Shown here: piece by piece, positions 1-9,572 of the stretch | Layout: every line of letters starts with the position of its first letter | Position numbering within the stretch: position 1 is the stretch's first letter | From: Candidatus Eiseniibacteriota bacterium | GTDB lineage: Bacteria > Eisenbacteria > RBG-16-71-46 > JABDJR01 | DNA: 64,000 nucleotides | Reading direction: 5' to 3' | NCBI GenBank assembly: GCA_963783375.1 | Contig: CAWANH010000028.1 | Coordinates: 1,184,001-1,248,000 of the forward strand | The notes under the pieces: generated by a model | What the model was told of the DNA's origin: nothing | Databases searched by the model: none | The model's input: only the letters and a program-made list of their open reading frames with translations | Program-made: the position numbers and the translations under genes

Positions 1-1
1 C

Positions 2-1570
2 CTCCCCGGCGAGGATGTCCTCCCCGGATTCCAACCGCAGGAGTCGGGCGTCGATATCGGCCAGGAGCTTGTCGTACACGTCCCGGTTCAGCATTCCGCG
101 ATGGAGGGCGTCGATCACCTCCCCCTTCTCCACCTGGAGAAGCCGGCGGAGCGCCCAGCGGGCCTCCTCGTTCTGGATGTCCTCCCGGTCCAGATGCAGC
201 TCGCGGAGCGTCTTCTGGGTCTCCTCCACCGTGCTCTCGTAGCTCTCGCGGAGGCGGTCGAAGGCCTTCGCGTCCGCGTAGCGCGAGCCGCTCAGCTCCT
301 TCAGCTCCTCCAGGGCCGCCTTGGCCGCCCGGAGCCGGCCCCGCGCGAACTCGTATTCGTTCCGCTCCCCCCGCCCTTCCACCACTCCCAGGACCCTGAG
401 GAGCGGCGACATGGTGACCGCCTGGATGAAGATGGCCAGAAGCACCACCCCGAAGGTCATGGAGACCAGGAGATCGCGATGGGGGAAGCCGGGGGGAAGG
501 CTCAGCACCAGCACCATGGAGAGGCCGCCCCGAAGCCCACCCCAGGTGAGGACCGCGGCCCAGGACCGGGGAATTCGCTCCCGGGTGAAGCTCAAGAACC
601 AGGATGCTCCGAGGATCACCGCCCCCCGGCCCGCGGTCACCGCAAGATAGGCGATGAGAACCGCCTGCCAGGATCCGAGCAGGACGTCCAGGCGGATCTC
701 GAACCCGATCAGGAGAAAGACGATGGAGTTGAGCGCGAAGGCCACGTACTCCCAGAAGGTCTCGGCGGCGATCCGGGTGGAGGGGGACATCCCGGTGCGG
801 GCGCCGTAGTTCCCGCAGAAAAGGCCGGCGGTCACCGTGGCGATCACCCCCGAGACGTGGAACTGCTCGGCCAGCACGAAGGAGCCGTAGGCGGCGATGG
901 TGGTGAGGGTGATCTCGATCATCGGGTCGTCCACCTTGCGGATCACCTGGGAGGCCAGGAGACCCACCCCCGCCCCCACCGCCAACCCGACCCCCACCAC
1001 CTTTGCGAACTCCAGGGCCAGCCCGGAAACAGATACGTGGCTCCCCGAGACCAGGGCGAGGGTGAGGGTGAAGAACACGATGGCGGTGCCGTCGTTCAGG
1101 AGGCTCTCCCCCTCCATGAGCACCGAGAGCCGCTTGGGGGCACCGAGGCTCTTCAGGATCGCCACCACCGCGATCGGATCGGTGGCGGAGATGAGGGCGG
1201 CGAAGACCAGGGCGTGGCGCCAGGTGAACCCCTGGACGAAGTCCAGGGCCCCGGTGACCGGGGTGAGGATGAGCGTGGTGAGCGCCACCGCCACCGCGAC
1301 CCCGGGCACGGCCAGGGACACGATGGCGGTGCGGTTCCGCCAGAAGGACTGGAAGTCGACGTGGAACGCGGCTTCGAAGAGCAGCCCGGGGAGGAACACC
1401 GCGAACAGGAGGTCCTTGGTGAGGTGGGGAGGCGCGAAGACGTGGAAGAACCCCAGGACGAGCCCGGCCAGGACCAGGGCCACGGTGTAGGGAATGCGAA
1501 GATGGCGGACGGCGATGGCCACCGCGGTGGCCACGGTGAAGAGCAGGATGAAAATGGTTTCGTCGTGCAT
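2..1570 (-). CDS. CPA1-family (NhaP-like) Na+/H+ antiporter, 3' end outside window
   Basis: Not in the ORF track because it runs off the left edge. Read from ATG at 1570: MHDETIFILLFTVATAVAIAVRHLRIPYTVALVLAGL... with many TM segments and the CPA1 motifs ISATDPIAV and EGESLLNDG. Confidence 0.9.
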   Translation of the reverse strand, partial: MHDETIFILLFTVATAVAIAVRHLRIPYTVALVLAGLVLGFFHVFAPPHLTKDLLFAVFLPGLLFEAAFHVDFQSFWRNRTAIVSLAVPGVAVAVALTTLILTPVTGALDFVQGFTWRHALVFAALISATDPIAVVAILKSLGAPKRLSVLMEGESLLNDGTAIVFFTLTLALVSGSHVSVSGLALEFAKVVGVGLAVGAGVGLLASQVIRKVDDPMIEITLTTIAAYGSFVLAEQFHVSGVIATVTAGLFCGNYGARTGMSPSTRIAAETFWEYVAFALNSIVFLLIGFEIRLDVLLGSWQAVLIAYLAVTAGRGAVILGASWFLSFTRERIPRSWAAVLTWGGLRGGLSMVLVLSLPPGFPHRDLLVSMTFGVVLLAIFIQAVTMSPLLRVLGVVEGRGERNEYEFARGRLRAAKAALEELKELSGSRYADAKAFDRLRESYESTVEETQKTLRELHLDREDIQNEEARWALRRLLQVEKGEVIDALHRGMLNRDVYDKLLADIDARLLRLESGEDILAGE

Positions 1571-1718
1571 GGCGTTCCCGAAAATTCGAGGTCCCGGCGA
1601 TCCGCGTCATGAGCCGCAATGTCCGATGATGCCGGAGAAGCCGTCCCGCCGCCACCCGCGCCGCGCCGGCGACCGCGCCCCGCGGTCGAACGTTCCGACG
1701 GGCTTTCGGAACCGGTCG

Positions 1719-3392
1719 TCAGGCCAGGGGCGGGCGCCTCCGGTGGAAACCGGTCTTGTCCTGGTAGGCCTTGGCCACGGTGAGGAGCTCCGCCTCCCCG
1801 AACAGGCGGCCGGTGAAGGTGATGCTGGCCGGGGTGCCGTCGGGGCGGAACCCGTTCCGCACCACCACCGAAGGCTGGCCGGTGAGGTTGGCGATCAGGA
1901 GCGTGTTCCCGCCGTAGGTGGGGTGGACGTAGAGGTCCACCGGCTCCAGGGCCTTCTCGTAGGCCTCCATCAACAGGGTCCGGGCGCGGTTGGCCTGGAT
2001 GTACTCCACCGCGGGGACCAGCCGGGCGGCCCGGAAGACGTTGGGCCAGGCCTGCTCCACCTGGCGCACCAGGAGATCGTCCCGGTTCGACCGGGTGAGA
2101 TCGTCGAAGGCGGCAGCGGCCTCCGCCTCCAGGATGAAGAGCATGTCCCCGACCGGGAGATCGGGGAGCTTCACCGGGGTGAGCGCGAATCCCATGGAGC
2201 GCAGGGTGCGGAGGGCGCCCTGGTCGAACGCCCGGTCGTCGCTCTTCTCCTCGAAGGCGTCGGCGTCGTAGCCCACCCGCAGCGTTCGGGGATCGCGGCC
2301 GGCGTCCCAGGCGAACGGGGCGTCGATGACCGCGCCGTCCCTACCGTCGGAGCCTCGGATGGCGTCCAGCACCAGGGCGCAATCCTCCACCGTGCGCGCG
2401 ATCGGCCCCGCCTTGTCCATGCTCCAGGAGAGCGCCATGCACCCGTGACGGCTCACCCGGCCGAAGGTGGGGCGGAGCCCGGTGGCCCCGCAGCGCTGGG
2501 AAGGGGAGACGATGGAGCCCAGGGTCTCGGTCCCGACCGTGAAACCCACCAGTCCCGCCGCCGCCGCCGCGGCCGGTCCCGCCGAGGACCCGCTCGAGCC
2601 CTGTTCCAGGTTCCAGGGGTTCCGGGTCCGGCCGCCGAACCAGACGTCCCCCCAGGCCAGGGCCCCCACCGAAAGCTTGGCCGCCAGCACCGCGCCGGCC
2701 TCGGTGAGCCGCTCCACCACGGTGGAGTCGCTCGCGGGGACGCGGTTCTCGTAGGGTTTGGCCCCCCAGGTGGTGCGGATCCCCGCGGTGTCGTAGAGGT
2801 CCTTGATGCCGTAGGGGATCCCGTGGAGGGGGCCCCGGTAGCGCCCCTGCCGGATTTCGAGGTCGGCGCGGCGCGCCTCCTCCATGGCCCGCTCCTCGGT
2901 GAGGGTGATCACGCAGTGGAGGACGGGGTCGTAGTGCTTGAGGCGTCCCAGGTAGAAGCGGGTGAGATCGACCGAGGTGATCTTCCGGGTCCGCAGCATC
3001 GCCCCGAGATGGGTGAGGGGGAGAAAGGCCAGGTCCTCCGCAGAATCGGGGAGGGGCAGGTCGCCGACCGCGGAGGGCCGGATGGGCGTCTCCGCCCCGT
3101 CGATCCGGCGGCCGGGGAGGAGCGGCCGGAAGAGGAGCGCCGGAGGGACGGAGTTGTCGAGGGGCACCGACCGGAGCATCTCGAAGTTCTGGAGATGCTC
3201 GCCCACTCCCTTCTCCATGAGCTTTCGCTCGTCCTCGGTGAAGGTGAGCCCGGCCAGGGTCTCGGCCCTGGCGATGGCCGCGCGGCTGATCGCGTCCTTT
3301 CCCTGGGCCAGGACTTCCGGGGCGAGGAGAGCGGCCGCGCCCACGGTGGAGAACCAGGCGAGGAAGCGGCGGCGGTCGAGCGGTTCGGGCAT
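1719..3392 (-). CDS. Amidase signature family enzyme with twin-arginine signal
   Basis: GIKDL, GSSGSSAG and GTETLGSI (Lys/Ser-cisSer triad); N-terminal DRRRFL plus hydrophobic stretch (Tat). Confidence 0.9.
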   Translation of the reverse strand: MPEPLDRRRFLAWFSTVGAAALLAPEVLAQGKDAISRAAIARAETLAGLTFTEDERKLMEKGVGEHLQNFEMLRSVPLDNSVPPALLFRPLLPGRRIDGAETPIRPSAVGDLPLPDSAEDLAFLPLTHLGAMLRTRKITSVDLTRFYLGRLKHYDPVLHCVITLTEERAMEEARRADLEIRQGRYRGPLHGIPYGIKDLYDTAGIRTTWGAKPYENRVPASDSTVVERLTEAGAVLAAKLSVGALAWGDVWFGGRTRNPWNLEQGSSGSSAGPAAAAAAGLVGFTVGTETLGSIVSPSQRCGATGLRPTFGRVSRHGCMALSWSMDKAGPIARTVEDCALVLDAIRGSDGRDGAVIDAPFAWDAGRDPRTLRVGYDADAFEEKSDDRAFDQGALRTLRSMGFALTPVKLPDLPVGDMLFILEAEAAAAFDDLTRSNRDDLLVRQVEQAWPNVFRAARLVPAVEYIQANRARTLLMEAYEKALEPVDLYVHPTYGGNTLLIANLTGQPSVVVRNGFRPDGTPASITFTGRLFGEAELLTVAKAYQDKTGFHRRRPPLA

Positions 3393-3478
3393 GGCGGCGT
3401 CTCCTGGATGGCGGGGTCCGGGACGGACGAACGCCCTCTTATAGCACGTCCGGCGCCCGAATGGCGCTTCGTTCCCCC

Positions 3479-3507
3479 TTGACGCCGGGGGTGCCCGTTC
3501 CTAGGTT
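3479..3507 (+). promoter_or_regulatory. sigma70-like promoter TTGACG-N17-TAGGTT
   Basis: Near-consensus hexamers with 17-bp spacing, ~80 bp upstream of the ATG at 3590. Confidence 0.55.
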
Positions 3508-3589
3508 GAGAGCGGTTCGCCACGCCGGGGTTCCCTGCCGGGACGGCCGGCCCGACGATGGCCGGTCCCGATTGGAGCGGAGGTATTGC

Positions 3590-4102
3590 ATGCGGCTCGC
3601 GCTCGTCCCGATCCTCGTCCTCGCCCTTCCCGCCGCCACCTCGGTGGCGGTTGCCGCCCCTGTCCGCTGGACCCTCCAAGACGTCGCCCTCGAGGACGGG
3701 GGAAGCGCGGCGGGCTGGTTCGTCTACGACGAGCCCACCGGCCTCCTCATCGACTGGAGCCTCTCGGTGAGCGGCGGGGACACCCTGACCTTTCCCCCCG
3801 CGACCTGGGAAGCGGGAGCGTCGACAGGCGCGGTCGGCGATTTCGGAAACCCCGCCCTCACCGTGTTCTTCTATGCCGGCGATCCCCGCCGCGACCTTCG
3901 CATGACCCCGGTGGCCGATCTGACCGACGCCGGGGGTGAAGTCCTTCTCGATCTCGACACCGCGCTCGTCCACAGCGGCGGGATCGATTGCTTCCACTGC
4001 ACCCCGTCACGGGACTTGATCGCGGGCTCGTTGAGCGGTCGGCTCGACGTGCCGGTCGAGCGCACGACCTGGAGTCTCCTCAAGGCGCGCTACCGCCCCT
4101 GA
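3590..4102 (+). CDS. Secreted hypothetical protein with C-terminal TTWSLLKARY tail
   Basis: GGAGG RBS before ATG 3590; signal peptide MRLALVPILVLALPAATSVAVAA; ends VPVERTTWSLLKARYRP. Confidence 0.8.
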   Translation: MRLALVPILVLALPAATSVAVAAPVRWTLQDVALEDGGSAAGWFVYDEPTGLLIDWSLSVSGGDTLTFPPATWEAGASTGAVGDFGNPALTVFFYAGDPRRDLRMTPVADLTDAGGEVLLDLDTALVHSGGIDCFHCTPSRDLIAGSLSGRLDVPVERTTWSLLKARYRP

Positions 4103-4114
4103 ACCGGCTTCCGA

Positions 4115-5179
4115 TCAACCCAGGCGGGCGCGCACCAGCTCCACCACGGTGTCGATCCAGCCGGGATGGTCGTTGAGCGACGGCACCAGACGGAGATCCT
4201 CCCCTCCGGCCCGAAGGAACGTCTCCCGGCCCCGGATGGCGATCTCCTCCAGGGTCTCGAGACAGTCGGCCACGAAGGCCGGGGAGAAGACGGCCACCCG
4301 CTTGACCCCCTGGCGGGGGAGATCGGCCAGAACGAGGTCGGTGTAGGGCTTGATCCAGGGGACCCGGCCGAGGCGCGACTGGAAGGTGACGTTCCATTGA
4401 TCCGCGCCGAGGCCGAGGCCCCGGGCCAGGAGCCGGCTGGTCGCGAAGCACTGGGCCCGGTAGCAGTTCCGGTTCACCTCGCCGATCGCGTCGCAGCAGG
4501 TTCCGCTTCGAAGGCAGTGGCCGCCGCTCTGGTCGGAGCGGAGCACCTGACGCTCGGGGAGGCCGTGGTAGCTGAACAGCACCCGGTCGGGCCTCATCGC
4601 CTCGAGCACCGGGCGGCCCACCCCGGTGAACGAGCGGATGAAGCCGGGATGGTCGTAGAACGCCGGGACGGTGGCGAGATCGGGGACGTTCCAGAACCGA
4701 CCCGCTTCCCGGTAGACCCGTTCCAGGGTCGAACCGGTGGTGGCCGACGCGAACTGGGGATAGAGGGGGAGCACGACCACGCGATCCACTCCGCGATCCT
4801 TCAAGGCGCGGAGCCCGGCGGCGATCGACGGCCGGCCGTAGCGCATGGCCAGCTCCACCGGAGCCTCGGATCCGAGCCGCTCCCGCACCTTGTCCCGGAG
4901 CGCTTCTCCGTGAACGAGGAGCGGCGAGCCCCGGTCGGTCCAGACCTTGGCGTAGGCCTCGGCGGACTTCCGGGGGCGGAAGGGGAGGATCACGAGGTTC
5001 AGGAGCGCCGCCCGTCCCACCGGGTTCATGTCGATCACCCGGGGATCGGAGAGGAACTCGCGGAGGTAGCGCCGCACCTCCGCGGTGCGCGGGGCGTCGG
5101 GGGTGCCCAGGTTCACCAGGAGCACCCCGCCGCGGCCGCCGGCCGGGGACGGGGTGGGGCTTGGAGCGGTGTTGGCCAT
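4115..5179 (-). CDS. hemH: Ferrochelatase
   Basis: GVLLVNLGTP, PLYPQF, FSYHGLP, FQSRLG..PWIKPYT, FVADCLETLEEI. Start taken at MANTAP (5179), not the long upstream extension. Confidence 0.95.
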   Translation of the reverse strand: MANTAPSPTPSPAGGRGGVLLVNLGTPDAPRTAEVRRYLREFLSDPRVIDMNPVGRAALLNLVILPFRPRKSAEAYAKVWTDRGSPLLVHGEALRDKVRERLGSEAPVELAMRYGRPSIAAGLRALKDRGVDRVVVLPLYPQFASATTGSTLERVYREAGRFWNVPDLATVPAFYDHPGFIRSFTGVGRPVLEAMRPDRVLFSYHGLPERQVLRSDQSGGHCLRSGTCCDAIGEVNRNCYRAQCFATSRLLARGLGLGADQWNVTFQSRLGRVPWIKPYTDLVLADLPRQGVKRVAVFSPAFVADCLETLEEIAIRGRETFLRAGGEDLRLVPSLNDHPGWIDTVVELVRARLG

Positions 5180-5318
5180 AGGACTCCAGAGCCTAGAAGC
5201 TCGCGTGGGCTTCGGCAATCCCTCCCGGTTGTCTCGATCCAGCCGAACAGCGTGGAAGCCGCCTCTCCGCCCTCGACGGAAGAGCCACCGGCCACGTGTC
5301 TCGCGACTATACTTGCCG

Positions 5319-5476
5319 CCTGCCCGTTCACGACGTGGGGGCGTTCGTCCGGGAGCTTGACGATCGCCGGTAGCCGGGCCGGGACCCGCCGCCCCGGGCT
5401 CGCGATCGGAGGAGACGCCTGATAGGGTTCCGGGAGGGGAAAGCACGACGGTTCGAGCCCCGAAGCGTGGGATAGG
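5319..5476 (+). ncRNA. Candidate rod-shaped structured RNA (6S-like or structured 5' leader)
   Basis: TATACT -10 at 5308-5313, followed by nested complementary segments, e.g. CGATCGC 5361-5367/GCGATCG 5402-5408 and GGAGCTT 5352-5358/GGGTTCC 5425-5431. Not tested with covariance models. Confidence 0.3.
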
Positions 5477-5485
5477 AAGTAGACC

Positions 5486-6061
5486 ATGAAGATTCAAACC
5501 TGGACGATCGGAGTCTTGGCCGGAACCCTGGCCCTCGGGCTCGGGGCGTGCGGGAAGGAGCAGGGGGCGGCCTCTCGGACCCCGCCTTCCCACACCCGGG
5601 CCGAGGTCCGGCTGGACGAGCCCGGACCCATCCGTCCCGGGACCACCTTTCCGAACGTCTCCTTGACCACCCTGGACGGCCGGACCTTGGGAGCGGACGA
5701 ACTGCTCCTCGGAAAGCAGTCCCTGGTGCTCTTCGCCTCGACCACCTGCGAGGCGTGCCATGAGCTGATCGAGACCTGGAGCAAGGAAGCGGACGGACTT
5801 CCCGGTGACGTTCAGATCGTGACCGTCCTGGACGAGGACGTGGACTTCGCCCGGAAGTGGCGGGAGAAGACCGGCTTCATGTTTCCGCTCTTCTGCGACA
5901 CGCGGAGCGCGTTCTCCCAGGAACACGACATGAGCGTCTATCCCACCGTGGTCGGCGTCTCTCCGGAAGGCCGGGTCAAGTTCGTGATGCGGGCGGCGAC
6001 CCCGCTCTTCACCCCGGCGCGGGCGGCCGCGGCACTCAAACAGGCGGAAGGGGAGGGCTGA
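5486..6061 (+). CDS. TlpA/redoxin-family thiol-disulfide oxidoreductase lipoprotein
   Basis: Lipobox LGAC; CEAC CxxC; YPT cis-Pro loop. Confidence 0.8.
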   Translation: MKIQTWTIGVLAGTLALGLGACGKEQGAASRTPPSHTRAEVRLDEPGPIRPGTTFPNVSLTTLDGRTLGADELLLGKQSLVLFASTTCEACHELIETWSKEADGLPGDVQIVTVLDEDVDFARKWREKTGFMFPLFCDTRSAFSQEHDMSVYPTVVGVSPEGRVKFVMRAATPLFTPARAAAALKQAEGEG

Positions 6062-6066
6062 CGCTC

Positions 6067-6720
6067 ATGGAATCGCTCCAAGGCCGGGTGGCGGTGATCA
6101 CCGGGACGAGTCGCGGGCTGGGAAAGGCGCTCGCCGAGGCGTTTGCCGGGGCGGGGGCCTCGGTGGTGGGGGCCTCGCGGAGCGCCGGGGTGGACGTGAC
6201 CCGCCCCGATCAGGCGCGGCGGCTCATGGACGGCGCGATGAAGGCCCACGGCCGGATCGACATCCTGATCAACAACGCCGGGGTCCTCACCCCGCGAAAG
6301 CCTCTGGTCGAGGTCACCGACCGGGAGTGGGACACGTCCATCGCGGTCAACCTCACCGCGGTTTTTCTCTGCACGCGCGAAGCGCTCCGCCACATGCTCC
6401 CCCGGCTGAACGGCCTCATCGTGAACGTCTCCTCTGGGGTGGCCACGCGGGCCGCTCCCACCTGGGGTCCCTATGCGGCGGCGAAATGGGGAGTGGAGGG
6501 CCTCACGCGGCTCACCGCCGAAGAGGTGAAGGAGGCGGGGATCCGCGTGGTGGCGGTGAACCCCGGGCGCACCCGCACCGAAATGCGGGCGGCGGCTTAT
6601 CCCGAGGAGGACCGGAGCACGGTCAAGACCCCCGAGGAGACCGCCCGCTTCTTCCTGGCTCTGGCCACGGGCGGGGCCCCCTTCGAGACCGGGGCCTCGC
6701 TGGAGTACGGGGAGGTCTGA
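6067..6720 (+). CDS. Short-chain dehydrogenase/reductase
   Basis: TGTSRGLG, NNAG, YAAAK; start MESLQGRV. Confidence 0.92.
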   Translation: MESLQGRVAVITGTSRGLGKALAEAFAGAGASVVGASRSAGVDVTRPDQARRLMDGAMKAHGRIDILINNAGVLTPRKPLVEVTDREWDTSIAVNLTAVFLCTREALRHMLPRLNGLIVNVSSGVATRAAPTWGPYAAAKWGVEGLTRLTAEEVKEAGIRVVAVNPGRTRTEMRAAAYPEEDRSTVKTPEETARFFLALATGGAPFETGASLEYGEV

Positions 6721-6801
6721 GCCCGGGTCGGAGGGCCGATCCCTGTGGCGCCGGCTGAAGTCGCGGGTGGCACGGGAGTGATCTGGCGATGGTCGGCGCC
6801 A

Positions 6802-6826
6802 TAATCACCTAAAAAACAATGAGTTA
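6802..6826. promoter_or_regulatory. 25-bp imperfect palindrome, copy 1 (TAATCACCTA-AAAAA-CAATGAGTTA)
   Basis: AT-rich island in GC-rich intergenic DNA; same 10-5-10 YAA...TTR layout as the copies at 28482 and 58796. Confidence 0.45.
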
Positions 6827-7203
6827 TAGGCCGCCTCCTCCAGGCGGCATCGAAGCCGGGCGAGGGATCCGGGCCCGGTCATCCCTGATCCGAGGGACCC
6901 TGCCCCCCGGTATTTGCAATTCCTTGACCGGGCTCATTGACTGGCCGGTGCTCCCCCCCCACGATCCCGAGCAGAAGATCGGCCATGTGTATCTTGCCGT
7001 GTTGTCCGCGGCTGTTGTCCTCCCTGACGGGGCCGCCATCGCCGGGGGGGACCGGGAGCCTCTGCGGTCCACGGCGGATCCGGTCCGGACGGACGCGGCC
7101 CCTGTCGTCCGTGTTGGATCCAGATTCCTCTTCCCCGGGAATCGGCGCCGATCGGGGTGGGGATCGACTGTGCCGGCGGCGATATCGGGAGGTTCCAAAG
7201 CAG

Positions 7204-7917
7204 ATGAGCGAGCACGAACGACGGACGTCCCAGGCACCCAGTCAGCTCGACCACGTAGGCGATTCCCGCCGCACCATCCTCACCTCCATCAAGGAGAACG
7301 AGCGGGCCACGATCGCCCAGCTGGCCGCGCTCCTGGGGTCGACTCGGGAAGCGGTGCGTCAGCACCTGGTTCAACTCACGCGGTTGGGTTGGGTGAGGGC
7401 CACCGTGGAGACGCCCCGCAAGAAGGGTCATGGGGGCCGTCCCGCGGCCTCCTACTCCCTGACTCCGGACGGCGAGCAGGTTTTCCCCAAGCAATACGAT
7501 CGGTTGAGCGTCGATCTCCTCGCCATCATCGGGGACGAGTTGGGACCCGAAGCCAGGCTGAAGGTGCTGAAGGGTATGGCCGACCGGTGTGTCCGGGACT
7601 GGACGCCCCGCCTCGCCGGCCTTCCCCTGGAGGCCCGGGTCGTGGCGCTCAAGGGCATCTATTCGCCGGGGGATCCCTATACCACGACGGAGCGCGTCGC
7701 GGGCGGATACCGCCTGATCGAACGAAACTGCCCGTATCTCAAGGTTGCGTTGGAGCGTCCGGAGTTCTGCAGCGTCACCGTGAATGCGATGATCCGGCTC
7801 CTGGGAACCCAAGTGACCCGGGAAGAGCGGTTCCAGGACGGCGGCAGCCGCTGCGTCTTCCGGGTTCTTGCCGACCGCCCGGTCGGCGACCAGCGGTTCG
7901 AGCTGGAACCGGACTAG
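7204..7917 (+). CDS. SufR-like winged-HTH transcriptional regulator with Cys-containing C-terminal domain
   Basis: HTH (TIAQLAALLGSTREAVRQHL), GGRP...YSLT wing, FPKQY, NCP-x-C (Cx12C) and a distal RC; GGAGG RBS before ATG 7204. Confidence 0.8.
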   Translation: MSEHERRTSQAPSQLDHVGDSRRTILTSIKENERATIAQLAALLGSTREAVRQHLVQLTRLGWVRATVETPRKKGHGGRPAASYSLTPDGEQVFPKQYDRLSVDLLAIIGDELGPEARLKVLKGMADRCVRDWTPRLAGLPLEARVVALKGIYSPGDPYTTTERVAGGYRLIERNCPYLKVALERPEFCSVTVNAMIRLLGTQVTREERFQDGGSRCVFRVLADRPVGDQRFELEPD

Positions 7918-8182
7918 CCTGATACTCACGCGCGCCCGCGCCCGCTCCGGCGGCCGTCCGGCGGCCGGGGCGGCGGCGTGCGCGGAGGACCCCGACCGTT
8001 CGTCGGACGGGTGGGGCAAACCGCCCGACGCACCGGCCCCTGCGCGGGATCTCGCAGCTCCCCCCGGACCCGCCGTTCTCCCCTGAAGGTCCACCCCGTG
8101 CGGCCGATCCCTTACCTGGATAGGCCCCCGGTCCCCGGCACCCAGACCGGCCGACGCCGTCCCGCATCCCTTGGAGGACACC

Positions 8183-9304
8183 ATGTTGAGACGTTCGCTG
8201 CCCGCCCGCCTTATCGCCGTCGTTTCCCTGGCGCTGGTTCCGATCATCGTCCTGGCGTGTCCCATCCCGGCCCTCGCCCAGACCCCGGCCGAGGAGGTCG
8301 TGGAACTGGTGAACCAGGAGCGGTGGACCAACGGCCAGCTCCCGCCGCTCAAGCAGGACGACCTGCTCGACGCCTCGGCTCAGACCCACTCCGGCGACAT
8401 GGCCGCCCGGGACTTCTTCGCCCATTGCGATCTCGACACCGGGACCCTCCCCTGGGACCGCATGACCGCCGCGGGCTACGCCTGGAACAGCGCCGGCGAG
8501 AATATCGCCGCGGGGTACGGCAGCCCGTCCGCGGTGATGGCCGGGTGGATGGCCAGCTCCGGCCACCGCGCGAACATCCTCTCCACGAGCTACCGGGAGA
8601 TCGGGGTGGGCTACGAATACCAGACGACCGACCAGGCCGACATCCGCTACGACTCCGACGGCGACTGCGCGGCCGACAGCTATAACCACGGCCCCTTCTA
8701 CCGCTACTGGACGCAGAACTTCGGCCGGCGGAGCAATGTCTATCCCGTGATCATCGCCCGCGAAGCGCCTGAGACCGACACCCCCGCGGTGTCCCTTTAC
8801 GTGTACGGCGCGGGCTGGGCCCAGGAGATGCGCTTCCGGAACGAGAACGGCTCCTGGTCGGCCTGGATGCCCTACAGCGCGGACACCGGATGGACCCTGA
8901 GTCCGGGGAACGGCGAGAAGACGGTGAACGCGGAGCTCAGGAGCGGGACCACGGTGCTCAGCACCTCGGACCGGATCATGCTCAACGCCCCGGTGACCGC
9001 GGTCCCCGGCGGGGACGTCTCCCTCACCGGGCCGACCCTCCACCGCGCCTTTCCCAACCCCTTCCGCGACGCAACCCGGATCGCCTACCAGCTGGCGGCG
9101 CCCGGGCCGGTCCGGCTCGACGTGTTCGACATCGCCGGCCGCCGGGTCGCGGTGCTTGCCGACCTCGAGGCCCCGGCGGGCCGCCACGAGATCACCTGGA
9201 ACGGCCGCACCGACGCCGGTCTCCGCGCGGGGCGGGGGATCTACTTCGTCCGGCTCCGCGCCGCCGGTGAGACGCGGACGGTGAAGGTGGTGCTGGAGAA
9301 CTGA
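8183..9304 (+). CDS. Secreted CAP/SCP-domain protein with FlgD-Ig/T9SS-like C-terminal domain
   Basis: Signal peptide; AQTHSGDMA, GENIA, WMASSGHRANI, YWTQNFG; C-terminal PNPF...FDIAGRRV...WNG...GIYFVRL. Confidence 0.88.
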   Translation: MLRRSLPARLIAVVSLALVPIIVLACPIPALAQTPAEEVVELVNQERWTNGQLPPLKQDDLLDASAQTHSGDMAARDFFAHCDLDTGTLPWDRMTAAGYAWNSAGENIAAGYGSPSAVMAGWMASSGHRANILSTSYREIGVGYEYQTTDQADIRYDSDGDCAADSYNHGPFYRYWTQNFGRRSNVYPVIIAREAPETDTPAVSLYVYGAGWAQEMRFRNENGSWSAWMPYSADTGWTLSPGNGEKTVNAELRSGTTVLSTSDRIMLNAPVTAVPGGDVSLTGPTLHRAFPNPFRDATRIAYQLAAPGPVRLDVFDIAGRRVAVLADLEAPAGRHEITWNGRTDAGLRAGRGIYFVRLRAAGETRTVKVVLEN

Positions 9305-9572
9305 GCCCTTCCCGGCGAGGCGCGCGCGGGCCCCCCCGGCGGTGGAGCCCGCGACGGGGCTGATGCGGATTCGCAACGGATTGCGGTTTTCGAGCCAATC
9401 CTGTCTCCGCGCCCCCCGCCCGGTGCAATTCCGCCGCATTCGACGAGGCCGCGGCCCGGCGGGCTGAATTCCCTTCAGCGCGGTCGCGCCCTCCCCGATC
9501 CTATATCCATCGCCACGGTCGGAGCCGGCGCCCGGCGCCGGAGGCGGCCCCACGGTGGAATGGAGTCCCTGG

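Noticed and set aside
101-3482. Long + strand ORFs 101-1612 and 1494-3482
   Set aside because: Antisense shadows of the antiporter and amidase, which carry clear family motifs.
8001-8060. GGGCAAACC...GACGCA resembling a c-di-GMP-I riboswitch upstream of the CAP gene
   Set aside because: Lacks the GNRA-capped P2 and the GACGCAAAG/P3 elements; better explained as a simple hairpin.
9374-9398. CAACGGATTG as a fourth copy of the 25-bp palindrome
   Set aside because: Only the left arm fits; the right arm lacks CAW...TTR.
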